A DNA stretch of 62,637 nt, filler included. It is 10 parts of 10 records of this genome, joined end to end, with 100 filler letters (N's around TTAATTAATTAA, not from the genome) between each part and the next. Parts side by side here need not be neighbours in the genome. Positions count along the whole stretch, not along the records: positions 1 to 4,458 come from SRR15195285_1760; positions 4,559 to 15,523 come from SRR15195285_1764; 8 more parts are not named here. One strand, 5' to 3'. Each line of letters starts with the position of its first letter. The first letter of the stretch is position 1. A program made the position numbers and the translations under genes. The notes under the pieces were generated by a model, which made no database searches, was not told the DNA's origin, and saw only the letters and a list, made by a program, of their open reading frames with translations. Shown in pieces: positions 1-11,404 of the stretch.

Positions 1-82
1 GCAGCGGCAGCAGCAGCAGCAGCAGCAGCCCCGGGAACGCGCCACCCTTGACGGTGCATCCGCGCCACCCTTGACGGTGCAT
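1..82 (-). CDS. Possible 5' end of a secreted-protein gene running off the window
   Basis: ATG at 82 gives MHRQGWRGCTVKGGAFPGLLLLLLLPL, a poly-Leu signal-peptide-like stretch encoded by the CAG repeat; too short to confirm. Confidence 0.25.
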   Translation of the reverse strand, partial: MHRQGWRGCTVKGGAFPGLLLLLLLPL

Positions 83-86
83 CCGC
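38..86. repeat. Perfect 23-nt tandem duplication (cgcgccacccttgacggtgcatc x2)
   Basis: Copies at 38-60 and 61-83, read directly. Confidence 0.9.
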
Positions 87-733
87 CCAGGTCTCCGGGT
101 CCGCCTCACTGCGATGTCACGCAGGTCGCGTCGCGTCTCACAGGTGGATGGCGCAGCAGTATCGTGTGTACACTACCAGTACACACTCTCTAGCTAGAGA
201 TGCCCGGGGGTTGCGGCGCTCCAATCGCAGCCTTCCGTCATCGCCCGTGCGCCGTGGGTGGGAATACTTGCGCCGGAGGGAACCTGTGTGTGCACACACA
301 CGACACAGTCGACAGTGTCCGAACCTGGGTATAATTACATATTACTATCATATCCTATCATAGATACCAGTACATCAACATGTACATGTAGCTTGTAGGA
401 AGTTCCTAACTTGAGAATTGAAAATATATAGATCTACGGCGCTTGATTGCTGCCCAAAATTTGAATTCTCACCGGCCACGAACACACAGCGCAGAGCGCT
501 GTGGTGACTGTCTACCCGGACAGCCGATTGGTGCTGCCTCGTTACGAGGCCTCGTAACGTCGTCAGCTGAACACTCAGCCGACGCGCCTGCGCTGCGATG
601 GGCACGAAGCGGCTACGATACGCGCAAGGTGCGGCCCGACGCAATGGGGTCGCAGACGAGCCGCGCCTCCGTCTCGCTCTACCTGGCTCGTGCACGAACT
701 CGCACGCACGCACGCGCACGCGCTCTCAACTAT

Positions 734-2398
734 ATGGATGGACGCGATGCGATGGAGACTCACGTAAAACCCACGAATGCGCTGCTTGCCACAGATTTCC
801 ACGCACAGGCTGCGGAGTTCAGCCTCGTGTCACTGCCTGAGAAGCTGCTCTCGAAAATCGTTGAGCAAGATGGCCGGTGCGAGTGCCTGCCATATCACGC
901 CGCAGTGCCAGTATGATGAACGTGGTGCGATAATCGGCTCGCTGTGCCCGACGCGCAGGGTCAGCGTTAAGGGTCGCGCTGGCGACGAGGCGGTGCTGTG
1001 CACGACAGACGAGACGTATGCTCTCCGACTGGCTGAAGCCACCAACACGCTGGTGCGTCTCCGAATCGCGCATGTGTGCCCAGCGAGCCTGCGCTGACGG
1101 CTGACCCTCGCTCAATCCGGTGCAGCTATTGGTGCCCCCGACAAGTTTAGACGACGACTGCCCTCCGGCCAAAACGCAGAAACGCGAACCAATCGAAAAG
1201 CAAAGCTCTGATGTAATCACTATCGTCGGCAGCCTGACTAACACTTACATCCTGCAGCATGTTCCACCGCGGCTGCAGCGGGCCAGAGAGCTGCTACAGC
1301 GCTACCCGTACCGAGGTCCAGAGGGCGAGGATGAGGTGGATTCGAGCGCGCTGCTGACCTGGGACGACCTGCTGCGGGAGGTGCAAGCCAGCCCCGACGA
1401 GCTGAGGCAGGGGCTCGCAGCCATGGGCGCGGCCGAGATTGGAGGGGTGTGGCGCGTGGTTGATGGTGCATACTTCGCGGAAGTCGCGCAGCTCGTGCTT
1501 GGATTGTGTATCGAGAACGAATGGCCGTCGGCAGCCGTACCCGCAGAGGACTGTGTGACGCAGCTGCCCGACTACTGCCCGCACGTCGTGCGGCACTGCA
1601 TCGCTTTTTACAGCACGCCGATTGTTGGCAACACCAAACGCCCAGCAGATGAGGACACATGGTCGCTGGATACAAACAAAGTCTGTGCGTTCGTCGCCTC
1701 GAGGATGCTTGAGTCGACACAGGCGGATGATGATGGTCAGGAAGTCAAGCAGTGGCCAGAAGCTGAATTCTTAGAGGAATGGAACGACAGTACCCCGGCT
1801 GACATGACCCCGAATGTGACGATGTTGCATGTACGCTGCTACCTTTACCATGCTGCTGCTTTGCTCGAGTGCGACCCAGCAGTTAGTGGCAGCAGCGAGC
1901 TATATCCGCACGCTTCACGCCGATTGCACGTTGTTGTCAATTGTGCAGTTCGTTGCATGCACAATGATAGCTGCGCTGGCTGTTGTCGGCAGGGTATTGC
2001 GTGTGTGACGCAGCGCCGAGGATCGAACGGAGAAGAGAATCGTTACATATACTCGTTTCCTGAGTCTGCGTTGCCGGCCACAGTGGCGGAGCGCTTCACA
2101 GCGATTTTTGATCATCGCACGCATTGGAGCTTCGAAGAGCTTGACCCCTACATACGGTGCGTTTCATGTGTACGCTCGCTGCGTGGCCACTGTGGTTCCA
2201 ATGATTAGCACAGCTCACTCATGACAAGATCGGGTGGTGTGGCTGTCGATCTGTGCGGCTCTTTGGTGCGCGGGGGTGCTCGTATGGATGGGATGCAGGT
2301 CCTTCTGTGGTGGTTCCACAACTGCAGGCGTATTGCTTGCCAAGTATACTCGAAGCTTCATTGGTGACGCAGGCCACCGTGTATATCGTCGTCGGTGA
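734..2398 (+). CDS. DSCC1: Sister chromatid cohesion protein DCC1 (Ctf18-RFC subunit), 5 exons
   Basis: Exons about 734-876, 959-1052, 1126-1830, 1993-2156, 2299-2398 with GT-AG introns. Spliced protein has VKGRAGDEAVLCTTDETYALRLAEATNTLL, LLREVQASPDEL and FDHRTHWSFEELDPYIR...LLAKYTR...VYRRR, all matching DCC1 family motifs. Confidence 0.9.
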
Positions 2399-2528
2399 GA
2401 ATCGGTGTGCTGTCGACTACGACGAGTGTGCGTAATGCTATGGCAACGGTTAACTCGCGTGTGGAACTTTTTGTCAACCTTGGCCAGTCCATTCAGTCGT
2501 CATGGGACAACTGTCCGTTCGTTCTGGG

Positions 2529-4299
2529 TCACTCCCGTTTGTTGCTCTTGCTGCCTGCCACGTACGTTCGGCATACATGGATCGACGTTGCACAAGCCTC
2601 CTTAACGTAAAATAAACCCATAGCGATACCGATGTACGGCCACCCGAGCATGATGTAAATGCAGATGTCGTGCATGTCATGGCTCATCAGGGGATGCACG
2701 ATCCAAAGCCCGACCACCATAATCAGCTTGCTCAACGTGCTCTTGACAATGTCACCGTCAACTCCACGCTCATTTTCCTGGCATACCGCACACCAAACCA
2801 CAGCGACGCATAGTCGGGGCACAGATCAATATCAAAGGCACCCATCAGACCATGTTCAATCGCAGCAAGCACGGAAGGATCAGGCTGGAGCAGAGGTCGG
2901 TAATGGGACAGGTAGCACTACAACAAAGTCCCAGACGTACCGGAAGCCGGTCAGCTGCGAACAGCAAGAGCAGCCAACCGCAGCTCTCCGTGATCGTGGA
3001 GCCGATTGCTGTCACCCACATGTGCCACACCTGTTATGCGGCGTGGCACATCCCCGTGGCATTCGATGATGAGAACGATGAGGGGCACAGTAGATAACCG
3101 TTCCTCAAAGCGAGTTGGGCGGCGCTGGGCAGGAGAGAACTGTAAGAATTCAAGATGGCGCCGACGATACTTGACCACTCACCAGTTCAGGGTGCATGGC
3201 TTCAAACTCGCTGAGGTAGTAAGCGATCTCTATCCGCGGACACAGCAGCCACGACGTCCAGAACCTATACACACGAGTACATTCGATAGCCGCCGTGGGA
3301 CAAAGTCCGTGCGAGGAGTCGGGTAGTGGGCGGACGGTACTGGAACCTACCCGAGGCCAGTTCCATCTCGATAGAATAGAGGCTGAAGGGTCTGCTTGTA
3401 TTCGAAGTGGTATAGGTACCTGTCAGAATGATGAACACAGGTACACGCAATCGTGTTCACCGGCACGGCGTGGTGGTATGGCCTAGATTGGTTCGAAGCA
3501 GGACGTCAATTTCCTGCGGTATAGCCCTCGTGCAGAGCGTACAAAATCGTGATGCGAGGGCAGTTGACTATTCCAGCGAGCAGCGTGTCATGGTCATGAT
3601 GGTTGGCAGCACGCCAGTCCCTGCCAGGGGCGCGGGCACGCACGCACATGCGCACCCCGTCAGTATTGGCGGATGAGCACAGCGCTTGGCACAGCGCGAA
3701 CTGAAAAGCGGGCGTTCGCAGTAGGCGTCTTAGGGACGGTGCCAGTCGAACTCGAGTTGTGCACTGATGCGAAAGGAGTCCTGCCCAACTGCACTGGCTG
3801 CTGTGATACGCGTCGTGCTACAAGCGAATGGCAGCGCACCAAAGGTCCAAGGGCTGGTCGAGGATGCCCTGCCGGAGCCGCCCGATGGCTTCCATCACGA
3901 GATACCGTTCCCCTACGGTGAGAGACGACGCACTCGAGCGTCAGTAGCTGGAACACGAATAGAGTGGCGCAGCGATCGTGATGACACACGCCCGGCGCGT
4001 CGCTCACTCGGTTCTAGATTGAACTCCACGTCCAGAGTGTGGTCGCGCATGGCCAGCAGCGTGCGACCATTTATCTGGGCACCTTCAAACGGCTCCCGCA
4101 AGAAGCCAAAGCCCTCGGCAAACAGCCAAGCCTCGACTTCCTGCGGTCCCCAGACCGATGGGGTCGGGAGATCCCCGCCAGGGTGGTGTGGTGGCACCAC
4201 TGGCGCACCCTCTCCCTGCTCCGCTCTTGAGCCGACAACTGCGCAGCACAGCAGCAGCGCCACCCAGCCAGCCAGCAGCAGCAGCATAGCACGTGCCAT
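2529..4299 (-). CDS. BFAR (bifunctional apoptosis regulator)-like SAM-domain multi-pass membrane protein with signal peptide, no RING seen; multi-exon
   Basis: MARAMLLLLAGWVALLL signal; SAM-like WGPQEVEAWLFAEGF..FEGAQINGRTLL; spliced PLDLWDWRAAN..NCPRITILY, WLLCPRIEIAYYLSEFEAMHPEL and GLWIVHPLMSHDMHDICIY parallel BFAR post-SAM and TM segments. Confidence 0.65.
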
Positions 4300-4458
4300 C
4301 GCCAATCGCGACGCGGCGCGTCGTCGCGTGAGTCGTCGCGCTGCCTGCAGCTGCACGCGCGGTGCACGCCGTTCATACACGATACAGTCATACTCCAGCC
4401 CAGACTGCGCACAATCTGAAAGAAAACCACACCGGCGCTTGATTTTGCAGAAATGAGA

Positions 4459-4558
4459 NNNNNNNNNNNNNNNNNNNNNNNNNNNNNNNNNNNNNNNNNN
4501 NNTTAATTAATTAANNNNNNNNNNNNNNNNNNNNNNNNNNNNNNNNNNNNNNNNNNNN
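4459..4558. other. Artificial contig spacer N44-TTAATTAATTAA-N44 (also 15524-15623, 20437-20536, 29134-29233, 33826-33925, 42242-42341, 47640-47739, 51231-51330, 57777-57876)
   Basis: Nine identical 100-nt N-runs with an all-frame stop linker. Confidence 0.99.
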
Positions 4559-4596
4559 GGGGGGGGGGGGGGGGGGGGGGGGGCGATGTGCTCCAG

Positions 4597-5986
4597 GGAT
4601 CGACGGAGTGGAGCCATTTCCACCCATTGCGAATCCTATGTCGATTTACGAGCAGTACTCTGGCCCAAGATCAACGTGGGGCATTGGCATTCATGCGCTG
4701 GTCGTGTGTGAGATCGTGGCAGAGGACGGAACTTACGGCTGTGGTATTACTACAGGTGGTCAGCCTGCTTGCTTCATGATCGAACACCACTTGTCGCGGT
4801 TTGTTGAGGGTCGTGACCCACGAGACATTGAGCTGATGTGGGACCAAATGTGGCGCTCATCAATGCCGTACGGCCGCAAGGGCATTGCTGTGCACGCGCT
4901 GTCTGCCATGGACCTAGCTTTGTGGGACCTGCTAGGTAAGCTACGTGGTGAGCCGGTGTACGCGCTGCTAGGCGGCAAAACCAAAGATGCCGTGCCGGTG
5001 TATTGCACGACCGCAAGGCCCGATCTCGCACAGGAACTCGGCTTCGTCGGGGCGAAATACCCGGTCGGTCCCCCTGTCACCAAACTTTCCGTCTTCTGGT
5101 GACCTAACATGACTCGGTTACTCGCGACACAAGTGCGCGCCGGCGCTGAGCTAATGAATGTGGAATGTTGTGTGCATAGCTGGCCTACGGTCCTGCAGAC
5201 GGTGACGTTGGGATGAAGAAGAACGTTGAAACGCACAAGAAATGGCGAGCTGCGGTCGGGCCAGACTTTCCCATCATGGTCGACTGTTACATGTCGCTCA
5301 CTGTACCCTACACGATCAGTACGCTAGCGTCCCTCGCCACACACTGAACCTTTGCCTGTTTTGCATGAGATAATTATGATGAGGTTGCATTTGCCATCGC
5401 AGAGCTGGCACAATCTTTGGCCCCACACGGCGTCAAATGGATCGAAGAATTCCTGCAGCCTGATGACTATGCAGGCCACGCCGCAGTGGCTGATGCATTA
5501 AAGTCAACAGACTGTATGCTAGCCACTGCGGAGCACGAGTACAGCCGCTGGGGATACAAACAGCTCATCGATGACCGCCTCGTTGATATCTTACAGCCAG
5601 ATATTACTTGGCTTGGAGGTATCACCGAGGCCCGCCGAGTCATTGCCATGGCTTCGGCCAGCAATATTCAGGTCATTCCTCATGGCTCTTCAGTCTTCAG
5701 CTACCACCTTGCGTTGGCAAGCGTAAACGTTCCCATGTCCGAGTGAGTGCCAAGCCGCGCAAGCCCAGTGCGTTCAAACTCGTTCGTGCGACATTATAGG
5801 TGCGCTCACAGTCACACAATCGATGGAACCTCTCGCAGGTATGTCACGCCACAACTCGACCACATCACTCCATACTTTGGCGGACTATTCGAGGGCGAGC
5901 CCTTGCCTGAGAATGGTGCAGTGACCCTACCCGATGCACCTGGCTTCGGTCTCACCCTTATCCGTGAAGGCTTGATCCGTCCGTGA
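4597..5986 (+). CDS. rhmD: L-rhamnonate dehydratase (mandelate racemase/enolase superfamily); 5' part lost in gap; introns at about 5064-5179, 5319-5402, 5743-5838
   Basis: WIDG..IANPMSIY, IEHHLSRFVEG, DQMWRSSMPYGRKG, DLALWDLLGK, MVDCYMSL, WIEEFL, EHEYSRWG, QPDITWLGG, PHGSS motifs. Confidence 0.9.
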
Positions 5987-6213
5987 GTATCTGTGCTTCT
6001 AAGCGCTGGCCACAAGTCTCAATTGCCGTGACGATGCGGTGATTGCCCACGCGGTCTGTGTGTTTTGCGTGCAGGTATTCTCGTGACGATGATTGGTCCC
6101 GACTGAATGCAGCCGCAAACATCCACTTCAAAGAGACCGATAAGCCCCGTATGAAGCTCTGAGTGTGTGTACGCAATGGGTGCAACGATACTAAACGATC
6201 GAAAAATGCCATT

Positions 6214-7044
6214 TCACGTCAGACTCGCCAACAGGTAGACACTGGTGGCCCCTGTAACAAAATAGCTGGTTGCAAACTCCATGGTTTTTGGACTCAGCCC
6301 AGCAAACAGACCGAAGCCTTCTTTGCGGATGAGCTGCATCACGGAGCTTCGCAACGTTGGCACTGCCTGCAAAGGCGGAACCGCCATACTGCGCTTCGTT
6401 GCAACATCGACTGCGTAGTCAGTGACCACTGCCGAACTCGCCGCCAGTGCGTAGCACCCACCGGGACCCAGCATCCCGAGTTTTATATCTTGCCGTTCCA
6501 TCAACAAGTGAGACACACCAAAGAACGTCACATCGAACAAAGCGTTTCGACAGCCCGCGTTGTGAATGCGCTGAACAACAGAGCGAAGCTGGTGTGCCGT
6601 CGCAGCAGCGCGCACAAGTTCGACGCTGCCACCACACCGCTGCCAGCGGCCACCTACTTCGCTGCTTGCTAGGACTTTACGCCACTCCGCGACCGCGGCG
6701 AAGCTACCTGTGAGATAACCCGAGCCTAAACTGCCACAGAACACAGCCGGCGTCCGGTTCATGCCCAGCGCAAGCTCGCAGACTTGCGTGCAGGCTTCGG
6801 ACGCCAAGAACATCGGGCCTCTCGTCAATACTTTCTGCTGAACGCCCGCAGCCAGCCCACGGTAAAACCCTCTCATGCCATGGGCTGCGGAGATACCCCT
6901 GGCTACCGCAGGCAGGCTCCGACCACTCGCTGGGTTGGTCTGAATGCGTATCTTGAGGACGTCGAAGGGATGTGCCAACACCGTGCCTGGCACAGCGCCG
7001 ACGGCGCCGATGGCGCCACGCCGCAGACATTCTTGCACGTCCAT
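6214..7044 (-). CDS. Mitochondrial carrier (SLC25) family protein, divergent, intronless
   Basis: First repeat HPFDVLKIRIQ..GMRGFYRGL; three-repeat length of about 276 aa; KEGFGLFAGL in repeat 3. Confidence 0.8.
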   Translation of the reverse strand: MDVQECLRRGAIGAVGAVPGTVLAHPFDVLKIRIQTNPASGRSLPAVARGISAAHGMRGFYRGLAAGVQQKVLTRGPMFLASEACTQVCELALGMNRTPAVFCGSLGSGYLTGSFAAVAEWRKVLASSEVGGRWQRCGGSVELVRAAATAHQLRSVVQRIHNAGCRNALFDVTFFGVSHLLMERQDIKLGMLGPGGCYALAASSAVVTDYAVDVATKRSMAVPPLQAVPTLRSSVMQLIRKEGFGLFAGLSPKTMEFATSYFVTGATSVYLLASLT

Positions 7045-7626
7045 ATCTCGGGAGGGTGCACACACTCCGATCCCGTCAGCACGAGCCTCCCCGCCGGGGG
7101 GAGTATCCCAGCGCAGTTAAGCCTTGCGCCATCCCGCCTGCGGCGTTTCGTATGTGGGCCACGCTGAGATCACCATGTGACTGTCGCGGACGCAATACCA
7201 TTATGCACATATGCACGCAGCATCTACCCCACTACCGACCAGCGTAGGATACTGTACGCCGATATACGCGCGCACGCCGCTCCGGGCGCCGCCAGCAGCT
7301 CGCCGGAGAGCACGCAGGTCCAGGAGCGCGAGCGAGCTCGCGCGGCCGGAAAAAAAACACTGCATGTGCCGGTCCCGAGCGCAGGATGACCGGACTCGCG
7401 TGCGTCATGCGCGCGCCGGCGCGCGGCGGCGCACGCGCGCACGCGTACTGTGTAGATTACACCCACTCAGCGAGAGCGGCGGGCCTACCGACACACGTTA
7501 ACGTGAACACGTGCGTAGCCTCTGAGATAGAGTGCGATTAGAAAAAAGCCGAGAGCCTGGGCGCGCGCGGCATATCCGTCGATCGTTTTCTCCACGTCCG
7601 CTCCGTTGTTGTGCGGGCCTGGGATC

Positions 7627-8957
7627 ATGCCCGGCAGTGGCAGCGAGATTCTGGTCTATCTTGGGGCGTCAGAAGCGTACGTGGGTGCCTACGAGACTAC
7701 CGAGACCTACGAGCTTCACTCGATTTCATGTGAGCACAGTCCGGCCTTCGTTCGTGTAGGATTAATCTACATGTACGGGCTCAACGTCGATGCCACGTGG
7801 GTGTAGACTGCTGCAACGCAGATGGCGTCGCGACCGCCGCTTACAACACCCCAGAGAATCTGAACTGCCTCTCGCCAAGCCTGACTGCCGAAACGTTCTT
7901 GGTACTCGAGCACGCAGCGCGTGACGACGCGTGCAAAGTCCTCGTATGTAAGCAATTTCTCGTGCACGTTTTCGCAGACGCAGCGCATAGCAGTCGCTGT
8001 GCCACTAGGCGTGCCGGCTCTTCAGTCTACCAACCACAGTCACACATGTGGCGCCGACACGCCTGGTTTGCAGCCAGGCAGCCAGCAACCCGGGTGCGCG
8101 TGCTCAGATTATTGCTTGCTGGGTGCAGGGACGGGGAGTGGTGACCGCGCATTCTCATCCGGCGCTGCGCTGAAGGGGGACGGCGAACACTTCACTGTAC
8201 ACGTGCCGCCGCACGTCATCGAGGACTACGAAGACCGCAAGATGATTCCCCAACCACCGACTATCCGTCCACCAGATATGGTGATGGCGCGTCAGACAAT
8301 CGCATTCTGGGATTTTCCCAAGCCGCTAATTATGGCGATCAACGGCCTCGCGGTTGGCGGCGGCGCGAACATAGCGTTGGCTAATTATGCTGACATGGTG
8401 ATTTGCTCGCGTACGGCGCGGTTTAAGTACCCATTCTCGACGCTTGGGATAACACCAGAGCTCGGTTCCTCTTCGCTCATCCCATTCGTTGTTGGGATGG
8501 CAAAGGCAAAAGAAATTATGATGCTCGGGGTACGGCTGCTTGGTAGCGCTACATCACTTCCACACACCGTGCTACTTTGACTAAGCTTCCCATGTCTTTT
8601 GTTGCTATGTGCTTCTGCGCGACATCCGCAGGACTGGTTTTCAGCAGATGATGCCGTTCAATTGGGTCTCGCAAATGAAGTCGTCGCGCCGGAGGAGCTC
8701 ATGACCCGTGCTCTCGTGAGCCTTTCCCTTGAATGTTTTGCCTACCGTGACCTGTGTAACCCTATGCACATCACCTCTGCTGTTTTTAGGAGGTAGCGAC
8801 AGAGTTGACTACGCGGAAACCTGCGGCACTGTCGCTCGGCAAGAAAATTTTGAACCACCACCTGCGCAAGGATTTAGAGCAGGTGCTCGCTACTGAGCTA
8901 GAGGTGATTATGAAGTCTGTCAAAGAAACGGGGGGCTTTTCCAATGCCAAGCTTTGA
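7627..8957 (+). CDS. Peroxisomal enoyl-CoA isomerase/hydratase (crotonase superfamily), multi-exon
   Basis: Spliced NTPENLNCLS, VLVWTGSGDRAFSSGA, FPKPLIMAINGLAVGGGA, PFSTLGITPELGSS; C-terminus ...SNAKL* is a PTS1 signal. Confidence 0.88.
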
Positions 8958-9132
8958 TACTAAAAATGCACGCATGTGTGACTCAGAATCTTTCCAGTGA
9001 GCATTGTACAGTACTAATAGCTGCACGGCATGAGGGTAGTGAGCTTCAGCTGCTGACGAAAGCCACCCTCCACTTCGCTTTCTCGCGTGGCTTGTTGTCG
9101 GACAGCATTTGTGCCACGTCCCACTAGACACC

Positions 9133-10888
9133 TCATTCGCATTGCTCTCCCAGCCATGTGCGCAGACGATACAGAAGACGAGGCTTCGCCCCTTCACCGC
9201 TTAAACCAGATTCCACACAAGCTGCCCGTAACGCCACGAAGCTCATTTTGTCAATTTCGACGCCGTTGTAGAGTACAGCGTCTGGACTGACGCCTGCAGC
9301 GCCAGCTACCGCGTCAGTAGAACCAACGGCTGAACCACCGGCGCTTGTTGGAGATTCAGCTGTGTGACTCGGAGGAATGACTGAGAGTTTCGCAGCGCCG
9401 GGCACCGGAAGTTTACCGACAGCGACTTGCGCAATACGCTGTGAAAAAGTCGCCACGTCATGGCTCGGCAGGTTCTGAGTCAACTCGAGCAAAAATCCCC
9501 ACAGCTCGCCAACAGTGAGATGCTTGAGCTTCCTGATGAGCGGGAAGATATTATGACTCTGGTTCTTGTTGAAGTCATGGTAATATATCTTCGTGACACC
9601 AGCTTCAGAGGCGGCTAACCATTGCTTCAGAAACATCAGATCGTGGTTGTTCCCAAACGCGCCGCAGCCCCAGTGTCCTGTGCCCACCTGCTTTGCCCCG
9701 TCGAACGCTATTCTGGCCTTGTTCATATCACGCAAGAGAGCAGGCTTTGTCATTGCTGGGCCGCCTCCCCGAATCGCATCGATCGCAACCACCTTCGGTG
9801 GTGGGCCTTCGCGCCTGCCATCGTAATCTCCTTCAAACTTAAAGCCCTGGCCGAAGCCACTCGTGAGGGAGTACCTAATCAAGTTATCCGATGGCTTGGA
9901 TCAGAACGCTGCAGACAGCGTGCTGGCGAGTATAAAAGATACTGTCCCGCAGTGGTGGTCACCACAAAACAGTTCAACGGGAATGGGCGTACTTTATAGC
10001 GCCAGATATCCCAACGACCTCCTCATCCACCATTCTGTTCATCAGCGCCATAGCTACCATCAGCTCCGGCTTGACGAGGAACAGCGTCTCCTCCTGTGCG
10101 GCATCACCTGACATCACACCTCCACCTGGGTAGCAGTTGGCAAATTCGACGTGCAATTCAGCTGGGCAGTCGTCGATTGAGCCATCGGTGAGCTCTACCT
10201 TGCACAAGGGCTTTGCACTTCCGTCCCATGACCATGGAGACGGTCCTTTGCAATAGCCCTGCCGCTCGAATGTGACCTTGTCCTCCTCTGGAACACCGTC
10301 TCGGCCTAGCACCGTGAAGTAGTTGAGGAACGTCGTTGCCGAGTTTGGCGTGACGGCAGTGCCAATGAAGAGGTCGACAACAGTAAACCGAAAGTCATTC
10401 GGCTGAACGTCCGCGGGCCGCTTCAAAGAACCAAAGAAACTGTGTGCTAGTAGGCACGCGCACTGTCGCCGGGTGAGCGAAACGCTGCATTTGACGAACT
10501 CTGCTGGAGCCCCCCAGGCGGATCGGCTCTTGAAAATCGGAATCTCCACGCCGTCAAACAAGGTCGGCATCTCCAGCGCCACCGCAATCATCAGCGGGCA
10601 CCCTTTTGCAAAGAATTCTTCAAAGTTGAATTTTCCAGCATCGGTGGAGCCCGGAATCGTCCCGAAGAAATTCCCGACCCGAGGCTCGCTGTCGAGCGCT
10701 GCAAACTTCGTCTGTATAGCATCCAGGTCGGCAGGGCAGTCGACTGGGGCGCTCAGTATCTCGACGACTCGTGCCCACTGATCGGGGTCGTCGGACGGCA
10801 GCAGGAGCCGCGCCCCGGCCGCGTCTGACGGAAGCATCGACGCTCTGGAAGGCTCACCCTCACTTGGCAGTGCTGCTGCCGCCTCCAT
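9133..10888 (-). CDS. PARG: Poly(ADP-ribose) glycohydrolase with C-terminal SAP domain, 2 exons
   Basis: QCACLLAHSFF, HVEFAN..GGGVMSGDAAQEETLFLVKPEL (GGG-x-QEE signature), AIDA, TGHWGCGAFG, QWLAASEAG; SAP-like DKMSFVALRAACVESGLSGEGAKPRLLYRL; one intron near 9880-9990. Confidence 0.9.
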
Positions 10889-11404
10889 TTGGATCCGACG
10901 GACGCCGGTGGAGTCACCCTGCGACGGGCAAGGGGCGCACGCACGCGGTTCTTCCGCAGCGCCACGCCACAGACTCAGCCAGACACTAACAGTGAGTACA
11001 GTGTACACACCGGCTAGCTAGCTTGCAGTGGGTGCATCGCGCGACAGGTGGATCGCAGCGCTGCGCCACGCCGCACATCGCATACAACTTTCCTGACACT
11101 CGTTTCGTGACGCGGACCCCAGGCTGCGCTAATATAGAAATAGAGCTCTCGCGCGCGTACAGCCGCCGGCGCCGCCCGCCCCTGAATCGACTGAATGAAC
11201 ATTTCCATAATTACATTGTACAAGCGCCGGAGTTGTTTCAATTATAATCGTAGATGAAACTGTGCGAGGCTGCAGGCGCGTGCTCGGAGCAACGCGTCCA
11301 GAATCCTCTCCGCGCCGCCCGCGCCGCCGGCGCTCCGCGCCACACGCGCGCGCGAGTTGCCACATAGCCACATCCGCGCGATCCCCTCTGTTGATCAGCT
11401 CACG

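Noticed and set aside
1831-1992. Odd in-frame insertions in ORF-track proteins (also 14223-14384, 17771-17878, 30278-30382, 61626-61748)
   Set aside because: They are ordinary GT-AG introns of 3n length lacking stops, expected in GC-rich DNA; no intein motifs seen
4503-4514. Repeated TTAATTAATTAA motif within N-runs
   Set aside because: Artificial all-frame stop linker between contigs, not biological
4559-4583. Poly-G run (and terminal poly-C) as a G-quadruplex element
   Set aside because: Located at contig ends; likely sequencing or assembly artefact or an intronic homopolymer
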